Shown here: piece by piece, positions 1 to 10,638 of the stretch
How positions within the stretch are numbered: the stretch's first letter is position 1
Layout of the letters: each line of letters begins with the position of its first letter
Assembly (NCBI GenBank): GCA_003614675.1
Contig: ML002429.1
Span: 1-32,057, forward strand
DNA: 32,057 bases
Reading direction: 5' to 3'
Origin: Dimargaris cristalligena
Lineage: Eukaryota
Notes under the pieces: model-generated
Database searches by the model: none
What the model saw: only the letters and a program-made list of their open reading frames with translations
What the model was told of the DNA's origin: nothing
Program-made: the position numbers and the translations under genes

Positions 1-366
1 GGGAAGGGAGTTCCCAGACAATCATATTAGTTATCACAAAGGATAGGTAATACTTAGGTAACCAATAAATTTAATGTGAAATAATAAAAGGGAAAAAGGG
101 AAAAAAAGAATGCTATTTTAAACTGTGCTTTAAACAGGGGTGCAGTCGGGCCAGGGGCAGTGTGAATGCAGGGGTACAGTCTAGTCAGGGGCAGGGATGC
201 ATCATAGTCAAGGGTATAAAAATATACTAATGAAAATGGAGGAAAAATGACTATACTTATTAGGGGCAGGGGTAGGGGCTCATTTACTTATCAGGGATGT
301 ACTTCCAATAAGTGCGAAAAATAGATAAAAAATAAAAGTAGGTCAAAATGTGGTAAATTCACCACA
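1..366 (-). mobile_element. Repeat family B, left copy (runs off window start); probable transposon end beginning TG (LTR-like)
   Basis: The reverse complement of about 221-366 aligns with 31902-32042. The shared terminus is TGTGGTGAA(T/C)TTACCACA. It contains an internal duplicated 26-mer (135-160 and 169-194, caggggtRcagtc..gYcaggggcag) and is CpG-poor. Confidence 0.7.
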
Positions 367-506
367 CCTGTACTCTGCCTTTATTAGTTAGTACCATGCT
401 TATACCTAATTCTAGTAGCCTACTTAGCTGGGTCTAAGCCCCACCTACTGTTAGAAGCCAATCCTCAGGACTCTTAACAGACTAATAGTAGTTATCCCAG
501 GCAACA
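367..506 (+). mobile_element. Truncated LTR fragment (3' end of family A LTR)
   Basis: About 377-506 aligns directly with 1347-1478 (gcctttattagttagtacc...ctaagcccc.cctactgttagaagcc.atcctcaggactctt.acagactaa...ggcaaca). It ends at the same ...GGCAACA terminus, and its 5' part is replaced by the family B end. Confidence 0.75.
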
Positions 507-896
507 GGGTTATATATATATAAATTTAAAGAGATTATTGAGGGAAATAATACCAGTATCTCTAAAGAATAAGGTTTCATAAACAGAGTTGGCTTTAAAA
601 TCAGAATGGCATACATTGTTTAATGAAAGAAAAAATGGGCTTAAATATGATGAAATGATAATTATAATCAAATGAGATTAGGAAGGCCTCCAGGTCATTT
701 GCAAGGGGTTTTGATGTCATCAGTGGCCTTGGCTATTGAGTAGGTCCATGTTGTGGTGGTTAGCCTTCCAGCCAACAACTTCAGAAGTGATGAAGGGGTC
801 ATTCATTAGGCCCAATATTAATACCTGTGCCATGAGCATGTAGTTAATTTCTGTAATGATGGTTATATAATGCAGATGGTTATTTAGTCCTTTCCC

Positions 897-1478
897 TGTT
901 AGCCCTCCTAATCTGACTTAATCCAAACCTAATAATTGCCCAACCTATTTAGGCCTTATAGGGCCCTATTAACCTTCCCATAGTCACCCCCCATACTATG
1001 GGTCATCCCTTATTATATATCCCCACTCCTTCCAACCCTAATACTTTGCACCCCAAATACTTGACTTACTGATCTAAGACTCTTCCTGTTCTCATGAGAG
1101 TCTTCCCAATACAAAGCCATCTGTTTGGATTCTTTACTTATCTATACCTTAGTCATAGTAGTATTTCCTCTGGGACCTCCCTCCAGAACCATCCCCACAT
1201 ATATAACCAGGCCCCACTGGGACTGGTTCAAGGTTAGCTTATTCTTACCCCTCAGTTTACCCTAAATAAACTCTATATATACTCACTCCCCCTGTACTGA
1301 CTAGTAAGTATGCCCACTGCATGTCCCTTACCTATACCTATGCCTAGCCTTTATTAGTTAGTACCTGTACCCCATACCTGATGCTAGTAAGCCACTTGGC
1401 CAAGTCTAAGCCCCGCCTACTGTTAGAAGCCTATCCTCAGGACTCTTGACAGACTAAGAGTGGTTAACCTAGGCAACA
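897..1478 (+). mobile_element. Solo LTR (582 bp) of an LTR retrotransposon, family A
   Basis: Begins TGTTAGCC and ends GGCAACA (TG...CA with a short terminal inverted repeat). Flanked by a 5-bp direct repeat TTCCC at 892-896 and 1479-1483. TATA-like (TATATAA, about 1200) and AATAAA (about 1265) motifs lie inside. Its 3' end is repeated at 377-506. Strand is inferred from the TATA/AATAAA order. Confidence 0.8.
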
Positions 1479-1763
1479 TTCCCCAATCTGCTCTATGTAG
1501 TAATAAATAAATAGAGGACAAAAGGTAGTTGACCTATTATCCAACACCATTATTTTTGGCACTGGAATAAATGAGAGGGGCAAATTGGATATTATCTTGT
1601 TAATAGCAAATATGGACGAGCATAGGAATAAAATAAAGGATTTCTTCATGTGCAATTTTATTGGAATTAATATTAAGGGTAAAGTAATATATAATCAGTA
1701 AGTATCTAATAACGGTGATAAAAACAAAATATAATCACCTGAGGGACCATGGTCAGACTAATT

Positions 1764-2217
1764 AACTAATATATTTATATTGGAACATTTTGAGAATACC
1801 AGTTAGGTGAAGGTGGGTTGTTTTGCCGTAGTTGCTGAGTTGTTGGCCCGCAGGCCTATTGCATTATTTTTGTGACCTTAGGTTTAATGTATTGGCTGGT
1901 CGGAACAGGGTTTTCTGGTGATGTACATGGCGTTGTTGTGGCCAGATTGGCCTCCTTGGCACCCCTGTAGCGTCTTCGGAGTGTGAAAAGTGCCTCTGGC
2001 GGTCTGGTGGCCTGATCGGATATTCAGGTTATATGACTGGCCTGATCAGTACTGGACACCCCGGTGGTACGGTATCAACAATCTGAACACCGGACTTGAA
2101 GGGCCATGCCATCTATTTGACTTTCGGATCATAGGCCACGTAATCCCGATTAAGGTGTCCTGGAGGGCATTGGGGTTCTGGTTTGGGACTACCATAGCTG
2201 GTATGTTCAAATGACAC
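1764..2217 (-). pseudogene. Possible decayed ORF of unknown identity
   Basis: One minus-strand frame reads about 150 codons (SFEHTSYGSPKPEPQCPPGHLNRDYVAYDPKVK*MAWPFKSGVQIVDTVPPGCPVLIRPVI*PEYPIRPP...). It has only three stops (TAG 2113-2115, TAA 2029-2031, TAA 1864-1866), each one C->T step from Gln. No homology recognised. Confidence 0.25.
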
Positions 2218-2267
2218 GGTTGTTTTCTAGAGTTGGGGTGTTGGTAGTGGGAAGTAGACAGTAGGGA

Positions 2268-2295
2268 GTGGGGTGTGGGGTGTGGGGTGTGGGGT
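2268..2295 (+). repeat. (GTGGGGT)4 tandem repeat, G-quadruplex-capable
   Basis: Four GGGG tracts separated by TGT loops, read directly. Confidence 0.85.
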
Positions 2296-3711
2296 CTGAA
2301 ATATCACAGTGGGGGAGGGAGGTTAAATATGTGCATGTGTGAGGGGAATCGAATACAAATGTGTTGAGGTTTACAGAGTAATTTCACAGTTGCTATTTGG
2401 TGCGAATGATGATTAAAATTAACATGCGACAGCGCGGGGTATTTATAGGCAGATAGAAATATTGGATGGGTTCTGGTGACTGCACTAGCCCATTACCGGG
2501 CAATAATGTGTTGGGAAAAGACATAGTCTTTACCACTTACAACCTTTGAACAGTGCAAGGCGAGGCCATCCATCCACAGTGAATGGGCCCATTGTTGTAA
2601 AATGGAAATGATAAATACTATACAAAGCGAATAAGAAAACCTAAGGCCTCCAAACATTGTAGCCTGGCCTATCTTTAGCGGGGACTGTAGTATCACCCTA
2701 AGTGGTCCAATTGTTTGCCGCTTTTATTAATGCTTTTTTTTATTAAGTTATGAAGAGAAGGACTGGCCCCGATGAATTACCATGGAGTACATTCACCTTC
2801 GCCCTTCTTCAGCTCGGATGGCATGCTTAGTCCTAAATGAAAGTGAAAGTATCTCATGCTTCTAAAATCATGACTCCAAGAATTCGTACTCGCACAAAGA
2901 TTAATGGGAAGGTGGTTTAACGTGTAAACCATGAAGAGTAACCATTGATATTGAAGACCCGATATTGTACCATTTGTTCCTAAACCAGGCTGCTGGACAC
3001 TGTGTAAATCTCGCAAGACAATAGTAATAGTATGGCCATTTTATAATAAGTTATATTATGCGGTATTTTCTAGACTGACTGGTTTACATTCGAAAGCTTT
3101 GGAGCTAATGACAAAGTAAACGAACATCGTAGTCCTTGTTCAGATGGCATAGCACCATTCATACCATGTGGTATTGTGAGCGTACGAATTTAGGTCATCA
3201 TCTATTTATTCGCACTCCCCTTTAACACCATGTAGTACTTCGTTAATAATGACAGGTCGCCCTTGGTAGCTGGTTGTTTATGGCTATATCCCAAATCCGC
3301 ACACTACAGTTGGGTATTTTTGCTGTTCATTCTACTACCAATTATCGCCTACCATACCCATATCTTTTTGTGGATACAACACCTATACTAATGCATCCAC
3401 TTTTCCGGCTCCACCGCAAGTACACTGTCGATATCCCACTCCACCTCTCGCTTCCATCAGTTTTTTCTATAGTCCCCTCATTAATTTGCAACAAGTCGCT
3501 AACCACAGCTATTTAGGCTTAATGGTAGATTAGTGAATTGCTGAGTGCTGAAATAGAGCACATCCTCAAACGGCCGAGTAGATGGCCGGTATCCCTTGGT
3601 TTCGACTCAAGACCATGGTGGTAAATAATGCGCCAGTTAGCCAATCCTTCTTAACTCTGGTTTTTACAGGTATTAATCGAGCTATACCGTAGCTGCTATA
3701 GGCCGATTTAT

Positions 3712-4881
3712 CTAGAGAAGTCGATAGTTACAATCATCCTGCTTCGGCCGTACTTTGGGGTTGGCCAAAAGTTTAACTATGGCTTGGAGGTAACGCCGGG
3801 AACTTTTGGATACCTCGAAGAAATAGCCCGGGGCCTTGGGGCTCTCAATGCGTGTGAGGAAGTCGTAAATAATCTTTTGGGGAGGATGATAGATTATTAT
3901 ATACAAAACCCAGGTAGATTGGTAAACATGTGATAGTGATGCCATACTCCATGACTGGGTTTAAGTATAGGATGATTTGGCAACATACGTCCAGAAAATA
4001 CATCAAAATACACCGACTGCAATGTACCCATATAAATCAAAAATGGTGTTCCAATAATTTAAAGACAGTTGGTTTACCTGGGGGTCGCATTGTTCAGTTC
4101 GCCGGCGGTGGAGGTACACGAAGTCAAAAGCCATTTGGGGGTTGGCTACATGGGCGTCAATCTAGGTGAAGGGTTACCAAATCCAAGTGCCATGTTCCAA
4201 GCTCAAACAGTGTCAATTACATACATGCAAGTCCTTTTCCTGTGTATAATAGCCCGACGGGCTGTATACAAAATGAATTCCGAGGCTACCCTTACACCCT
4301 TAAGTAGTGCTTATACCCGTATAAGTCCCTTCGCCTCAGCTCAGACATACCTTAACAATACATTCCTCGGGAACCACAGTAGACCGACCGTAGATACAAA
4401 TCACCCGGGGCATCGTTACTCCCAATCGGGCCGTATTGGTTTGGACCGTTTCAAACAATGACCGAGTCTCAAAACGCGGGAAGGGTTCCAGGGGAACTAA
4501 TCCATCCAGGACCACCTGGAGCAGATGCACATCGGCCGAGAAATCCATCAGCCATTCCGCCCGATTTTTCAAGAGCACTATGGCGAACTCGTGCTGTATC
4601 GGGGAAGGAGGTATCGGGGAATCATCCGAAGATACTCCGGCGCCCGGGGTCGAGTTGGTTGACGATAGAGAGAGGCCCCGTTTAGCGTCAATGAAGGCTT
4701 TGATAAACCGCTGGGTGGCGGCTAGCCGGGTGGTGCTGGGCATGGTGGTGGGGGCGGCTAGGAGGGGTTCGCTCATTTCGGTGTGAACGTCAATACAAAA
4801 AACGATACGCTCGGTTAGACCCGCGGCGGAGCCGGGCGGTAGTGGGGAATTGGACGACATGGCCGAAGTGGGCGAGAGCAT
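3712..4881 (-). CDS. BABAM1: BRISC and BRCA1-A complex member 1 (MERIT40/NBA1)-like vWA protein, 3 exons
   Basis: Exons 4881-4351, 4161-4078 and 3873-3712, GT-AG and frame-consistent. Motifs ERIVFCID, HEFAIVLL...AEWLMDFS, PRVICIYGRS, FDFVYLH and the C-terminal KLLANPKVRPKQ..CNYRLL match MERIT40 (KLLAHPLQRPCQ..ASYSLL, recalled). The start could also be the ATG at 4860. Confidence 0.88.
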
Positions 4882-5451
4882 GGCGGAGCAAGGTTGTTGG
4901 TGAGGTAAATATATAACAGATGCGTTGTTGGTGTATAGCCTAAAGAAGGGAGGAATACCTGAGAGCGAGACAAGAAGAGAAAGAGAAAGAGAGAGGGGGG
5001 GGTAAATAGTGTAACAATAATAATTGACAAGGGGGATAAAAACGTTAACTCCGAGATTACGGGCCACAAACGAGGTCAACCCTAAAGCTTGAGGAGCTGC
5101 TTCGCATATGCCTTGTTAAACGGAGAGGCGGCTTGGTGGGAGGGTGCCCACTTTTAACTACCTCATTGGCCCAAGGCCCAGAAGCCGCCATTCCACCCAT
5201 ATTACCCACCCTCTCACATAAGGCACAACCCATTCCTATTTATTTACTTCTAGTGAAATGCTTTAATAATCGTTTGGCTAATTAGCCCTTAACCCTCTCT
5301 AACCGTAGCACCACCCCAACCCGTTGCTTTACTACCCCGCCCCCGCCCCCGCTCCCTCGCCCTCACACTCTCCGAAAGCCCGGGTGGTTTCTCACTTGAC
5401 CACCACTGCACACCCCACACGTACTACCCAAACATTCGTATCGCTCCAGGC

Positions 5452-6724
5452 ATGCTCGTTCTTTCACCCCCCGACGCATTCGGTACCGTTGAAGAAGGCA
5501 TCTACCGGTCGTCCGATGCCATCACGTCGGACCACTACCCGTTTTTAAGGAATCTCCGGTTATGTCATATTGTATTCTTGTCCACCGAGGTCCCCTCAAG
5601 GGCCATTCAGAAGTTTGCCGCGGAAGAGAAAATCAATTTAGTAAGGCAAAACGACCTGGTTCTATGACCCGGGCCTCTCTCTCTCTCTCTATATATATAT
5701 ATATCTTATCCCCCATGGAGAAAATTTCAGTGCCTTTCGAGAAGCCGGCCCCATTATCATATCGCCTACTAATCATAGTGTTATTTATATTGTCAATACG
5801 AATATTTCACCACATCCTCTCTTTTCGGGTATTCGAAAATGCTGGCCATATCCAATCCATTCGGGCTTACTCCCCCAATGTTATTAGATCCATTTGGGTC
5901 TTAAAGCCTGGCAGGCCAACCTTGGGTGGAAACCCGTCAGCGAAGAACTAGTTAAAGAGGGTCTGGAATTGATATTAAATAGGAATAATATCCCCGTTCT
6001 CCTCATGTGCACGTAAGACACCGCCAATTAATTACCCACATACTTCCCATTATATATATATATACTGATTCCACGGTGCTTGATTTTGGGCAAAGAACTG
6101 GGATATGATTCCCTATATAGACCTTTGCCTCCTCCTATTGAAAATCCAATTCTCACCTTTAGTTGCAATCTCCGCTATATCACCGACCCATTTTATTTTA
6201 ATCGAAATAGCACGGGCTTACATGAAACCGGCGCATTTGTCGGCTGCCTTCGTAAACTCCAACACTGGAACTACAACTCCATTATCTTTGAGGTAAGATC
6301 ATGCCAATTACTTCTATCACATCTGCCTCGATGGTACCTACGATGCTAGTATCGTTTGTTTTTTTATGGGTTTAATGATTTGCTTTTTCAAGGCATTGTT
6401 TAAACTACACAAGTCACTATTATCCAACCCTAATCATCTGTTTTGACCACTATAATAACCCCATATCACCATCATACACATCATACAAATGCCCCCTCCC
6501 TCCTCGGTTGCACATTGTCCATATTTTTATGAACCCAGTACCGGAGTTTTGCCGGCAAGCGCTCGCGGTATTACATTGAACAATTCATTGAGCTGTTCGA
6601 TACCGATTTGATCACCATCCCATCCGAGGTGCCCCCCTTTTTTACCACCCAGCAAGTCATGTGGGAGGCCGAGGACATTCAATTCCTTCAGCAAAAATGG
6701 GGATCCCAATTCATAAAACCATAA
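5452..6724 (+). CDS. OCA4: Siw14/OCA-family tyrosine-phosphatase-like protein (OCA4-like), 4 exons, 193 aa
   Basis: Exons 5452-5640, 5888-6012, 6211-6292 and 6539-6724. Family motifs are PPDAFGTVEEGIYRS, WKPVSEELVKEGLELIL, VGCLRKLQHWNYNSIIFEYRSFAG and EQFIELFD. The P-loop reads MCTTGLHETG. The family call is secure; the specific OCA paralogue is less so. Confidence 0.8.
5675..5704. repeat. (CT)n(AT)n compound microsatellite in intron 1 of the OCA-like gene
   Basis: ctctctctctctctctatatatatatatat read directly. Confidence 0.85.
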
Positions 6725-7183
6725 TATATACCCGTGAGTGGCGTTAACTCCAATTAATCTGGGAATTATAGTCTGGTACTAACAACCGAACTTGAAAAAA
6801 AAAAAAAGGAATACTGGCGATTTTATGGGCATTCATGTTATATAAAAAGAAGAGTTAAGAGAGGCTTGAAAAGTTTGGAAATAAAGAGGGTGCATATGTA
6901 AATATTTATAATACGGACAAGAAGGTGGCTAGTGCGGGCCTAATAGTCGAGCCAAAAGAAGAAGAAAAAACCAAAGAGGTGGAGTAGGTGAGAATGCAAG
7001 ACAAGGGCGAGCAAGGAGGCCACATATCGATACCAATAAGCAGTGGTCAGATTTGCTTATTGAACATAATCATACCACACTAGCACATGGGCCTAATTCA
7101 TTCTAAATGGCTGCAATAAATGACACCTTCCTAATATATCGATCAGGTCTTTAAAGCTCCCCCCCTCCATTCATGTGGTTAAT

Positions 7184-9719
7184 TTAGACAATTCGGTAAT
7201 CATCGGTAGTCAACGAGAACATCTTGGAAAATTCCACAGTTGAGCCGTCGCTGGTTAGTGCCACGTCCGTAATATCCACGTCGCAAAACGGTGTACTGGC
7301 CTGGAAGGCTACTTCCACGGGGAAGAAGGCCTCCGCATCGTCAACGGGGGCCGTAAATTCGAGACAGCCCGATTTGTTGGTCCGGTCAATAAGCGGCAGT
7401 TGCCACTCCAAAACACCCATACGGGAATTAATGGCGTAGTCGCCATCTACATTACCGACGATGGGGGTCACACCGGAAGGCAGGGGAATGGAGATGACCA
7501 CGTCCTTGAGTTGCAGGTCATCGGATTCTAGTTCGTACTCGATGTTCACTTCGGTCTTACCGTCCCCGGTGGCGGAGGGCCAGCAGTTAATGGACAGGGG
7601 GAGGCAAGCGTCATCTTGGGATACCAGGCGCCATTTGAACAGGCCTACGGGCTGGTTGATGGGGAAACTGCGGGAAGCATCCTTGAGGGCCAAAATAGCA
7701 TTGTTCTGGAACCGTTTTTTGTCGACGTGTGGGTGGGTCTGAAGTAGGGTATGGGGAAGTGGGGAAGGCAAGGCATTATTATAAAAACCAGGATTAGATT
7801 ACATAAGTAGCTGTGGTATGAGTGAAAGCCATTCAAGGGAAAGTAACAAGCGGTTAATAATACCATAATATATATATATATATATATATATAATAGCAAG
7901 CCGAGAGGTTAAACGTACCTTAATCTGCATGTTGCTATCGTCGCCCAGCTGGACCTGGAGCGACAGGTTGCTCTTGTCGGGGTCAGCCACCAGCAGCGTC
8001 AGTTCACCCTTGATCTCGAGGGCCTCCACGCCCCCTTCACGTCCAACGACCGCCGAAATATGTTCGACTACTTCAATGTGAACGTCGCTCTTGTAGATAT
8101 CGGCCACCGGGGCCTCCTCCTCCAGTTGAAGTTTGCTTTCTAGCTGCTCGGCCAGCTCGGCCTCCTGGCTAAACAACCCTGATGTGGCCTTGTCCTTCTT
8201 ACCACCAAGCTTCATACCACGACCCTTGATGGTGGGTTTCGAGGATCTAAAGAAAAGAAAAAACAATGGAAATAAAGGGGAATGGGCAACAAGAAATAAA
8301 GGATGAGGTAGAAGATTAATATAAATTCACTAATGAGGAGGGGAGGGTCATTTATAGAATGGCAAATATCATAGTAGTAGAGCAATAGGGGGGATAACAG
8401 CGGGGTTCGGGCCACCACTCTTAAACATGATTTACAATAACCGTAATAATAATGATAAAGGAATTGATACTTACGTTGATTTCGGAGCCACCGACGAAGG
8501 TTCGTTGTCAAAAGTCGAGATTGTTGGTTCGAGCGGCGAGTAGGCGCTTTTCATGGTATTCGTAAAGGAACTAATCGAATTAGCAAATGAACCGCTGCCG
8601 CTACCGCCCCGGCGGTTAGCTTCCTTGCGCTGCATGTCGAATTGCTTAGCACGGCGCTTGAGTTCTTCCTTCGCCTCTTTCTCTTTGTTCTATGGTGTCA
8701 GATCGGGATTAATAAATATATTAATAAGAACGGAAATCAATGAGTTAGTAGGTAGAGATGGTTGGGGCTTTTTCTACTACACTTCCATACCTGACCAAAA
8801 GATGAACCGCGCTGCCAATAAACCATAGTATATAAATTCCCTGGTTTCCCTGGAAATGCCAATGCTTACCTTTTCGATAATATCCTGGATCTTCTCTTCC
8901 TGGCTCTCCATCTCCATGATAGTCTTAAGCTGGGCCATGCTAATGTTTTCTCGGAGTCCCAAGTTAATAATTTCGTCAAAGGCGCACAGGAGCTCGAAGC
9001 AGTGTTCCAACACGACCATCTCTTGCACACTGCCTCCCCCGCAGACATCCGTGGTGGCGCGGGCGAAGAGTTGCAGGGTACCAATGTCCTGCACAATATT
9101 GGACTGGCGGTTGGTGATCAGGACCATATACAGCGTATCCATGGGCTGGTAGACGTAGCGAATGGCTTCTGTGTCAATGGTGGTGTGCTGCTGGCCCGTG
9201 CTCATGAGTTTGGGGAAGGAGGCCAGCAAACCTTCGATACGGGAACGTGGCATATCGATGAATTGCCGGGAAACCAAGGCTGTGCGGTAGGGAAGGAAGG
9301 CGGGTAGATAGGAAGAGGGGGTTTAAAAGGCGATTGGGGAGTAATTAGACGGAGTGGTGGGTGGATAAAGCTACATTAATAGGGTTATAATACCGGGCGG
9401 AATATGGCGGAGGTTGAATATAACGGTGGGCCCCCCCTCGCTGCTTTTCCGTTTCGGGTGCCTCTGAATGGGGTCAATCGGCACCATGTATAATAGAATA
9501 GCTGCTTACGTTTCCCGGCTTTAGTGCATAGAGCAGCGGCTAATACGACCTGGAGAGGGAGATGCACGAAACATTCAAAGCGGGAAGGTTAATTGGACTA
9601 TATGGTCGGGAGGATTCGGTTGGTATTAGGGTGGCTGGATGAGGGTGGATGGGGTGGATGGTCCTACAACTTCAATAGATGGCATCCGTACGGGAAGCAC
9701 AGGGCAGTAAGCTTACCAT
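7184..9719 (-). CDS. RET2: Coatomer subunit delta (delta-COP), 6 coding exons, 516 aa
   Basis: Exons 9719-9717 (ATG only), 9549-9510, 9279-8870, 8689-8475, 8246-7919 and 7738-7184, total 1551 nt. It has the N-terminus [39 protein letters not shown], then MESQEEKIQDIIEKNKEKEAKEE and GMKLG. The mu-homology domain contains THPHVDKK and PLSINCWPS. Confidence 0.96.
7869..7892. repeat. (TA)n microsatellite in the last intron of delta-COP
   Basis: About 12 TA units read directly. Confidence 0.9.
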
Positions 9720-10638
9720 AACGACGGGGTGGGAAGTACTGGAAAAGATGACGGTTAGTAGGTGGGGATGATGCCAATCGGCCGGAGAAGAGAATTAGGA
9801 ATGGAGCACTGCACAGAAACTCACACAAGTCGGACTATTGTAAAGCAGGTAATGTCAAAGAGAGTAGGATTGTATTCTGAGTAGACTGGTGGTAGTAGTG
9901 TCGATGGGGAAGAGAGAGAGGAGGGAGGGATATATGGGAAAAGGAAAGGGAGAGAGGAATCCATACTAGGTGGGGAAGTCCTTGGGTGAACCAGTCCAGT
10001 AGCCAAGATGACCTGGATAAAAGTCTGACACGTAGATAAGCTCAACCACCATTACCACGGCTACTAACACTACCCCTTATTCACATACCCCATGAGCCAG
10101 GCTCGAATGAAGCCGACCATAGTCAGGCCTCGTTAGGGGGACGACGGACCTCCACCACCTAGGACACATTTACACCCCCGTCTAGGCTGCTAAACTATCG
10201 GTTCCTAAGGCCTCTGCTTCCCGAGACCACGGCTGCTTCTATAAAGTATCCCAAAGTCCAGTCATCCCTTTTCTTGTTATTAAAATGCTAACTAGTCTTT
10301 ATTGAGATAAACACCCGTAATCGTGCACTTATTTAAAAAACCTACCCGCGGAAATGTACAAGAAATGGGGGATATGGAAACGAGTCTGCTGTCTAAAATC
10401 TGCCATGTCAACGACCCTCCGCCATTTTAACGAGGGGGGACTGACTGTCCATCCATCAGAAAAAACTACCCTAGTAGCAGTGGAAATATGGAACGAGACC
10501 TAAACTTAAACTTTCGGAAAATGTGGGGGGAACAAAACAACTCAAATATATATATCTGGAGGACTGAAAAACAAGTAGGGTCTGGTTTAAACCCCGATGC
10601 ACCATCAAACATATAGAAGTAATACATAGTTTGGTATA

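Noticed and set aside
2493-3016. Short ORFs with GTNGTI and ILQQWA resembling the family C relic peptide
   Set aside because: The motifs occur in the opposite order and there is no convincing DNA alignment, so this is likely chance.
3570-3615. tRNA-like A-box/B-box look-alike (cggccgagtag...cttggtttcgactcaag acca)
   Set aside because: The boxes are too close together, there is no anticodon arm and no acceptor stem pairs.
4436-4786. Antisense or alternate-frame ORFs over real genes (also 7224-7742, 8856-9307, 13389-14332, 25562-25915, 27457-28004)
   Set aside because: These are shadows of GC-rich coding sequence on the other strand or frame.
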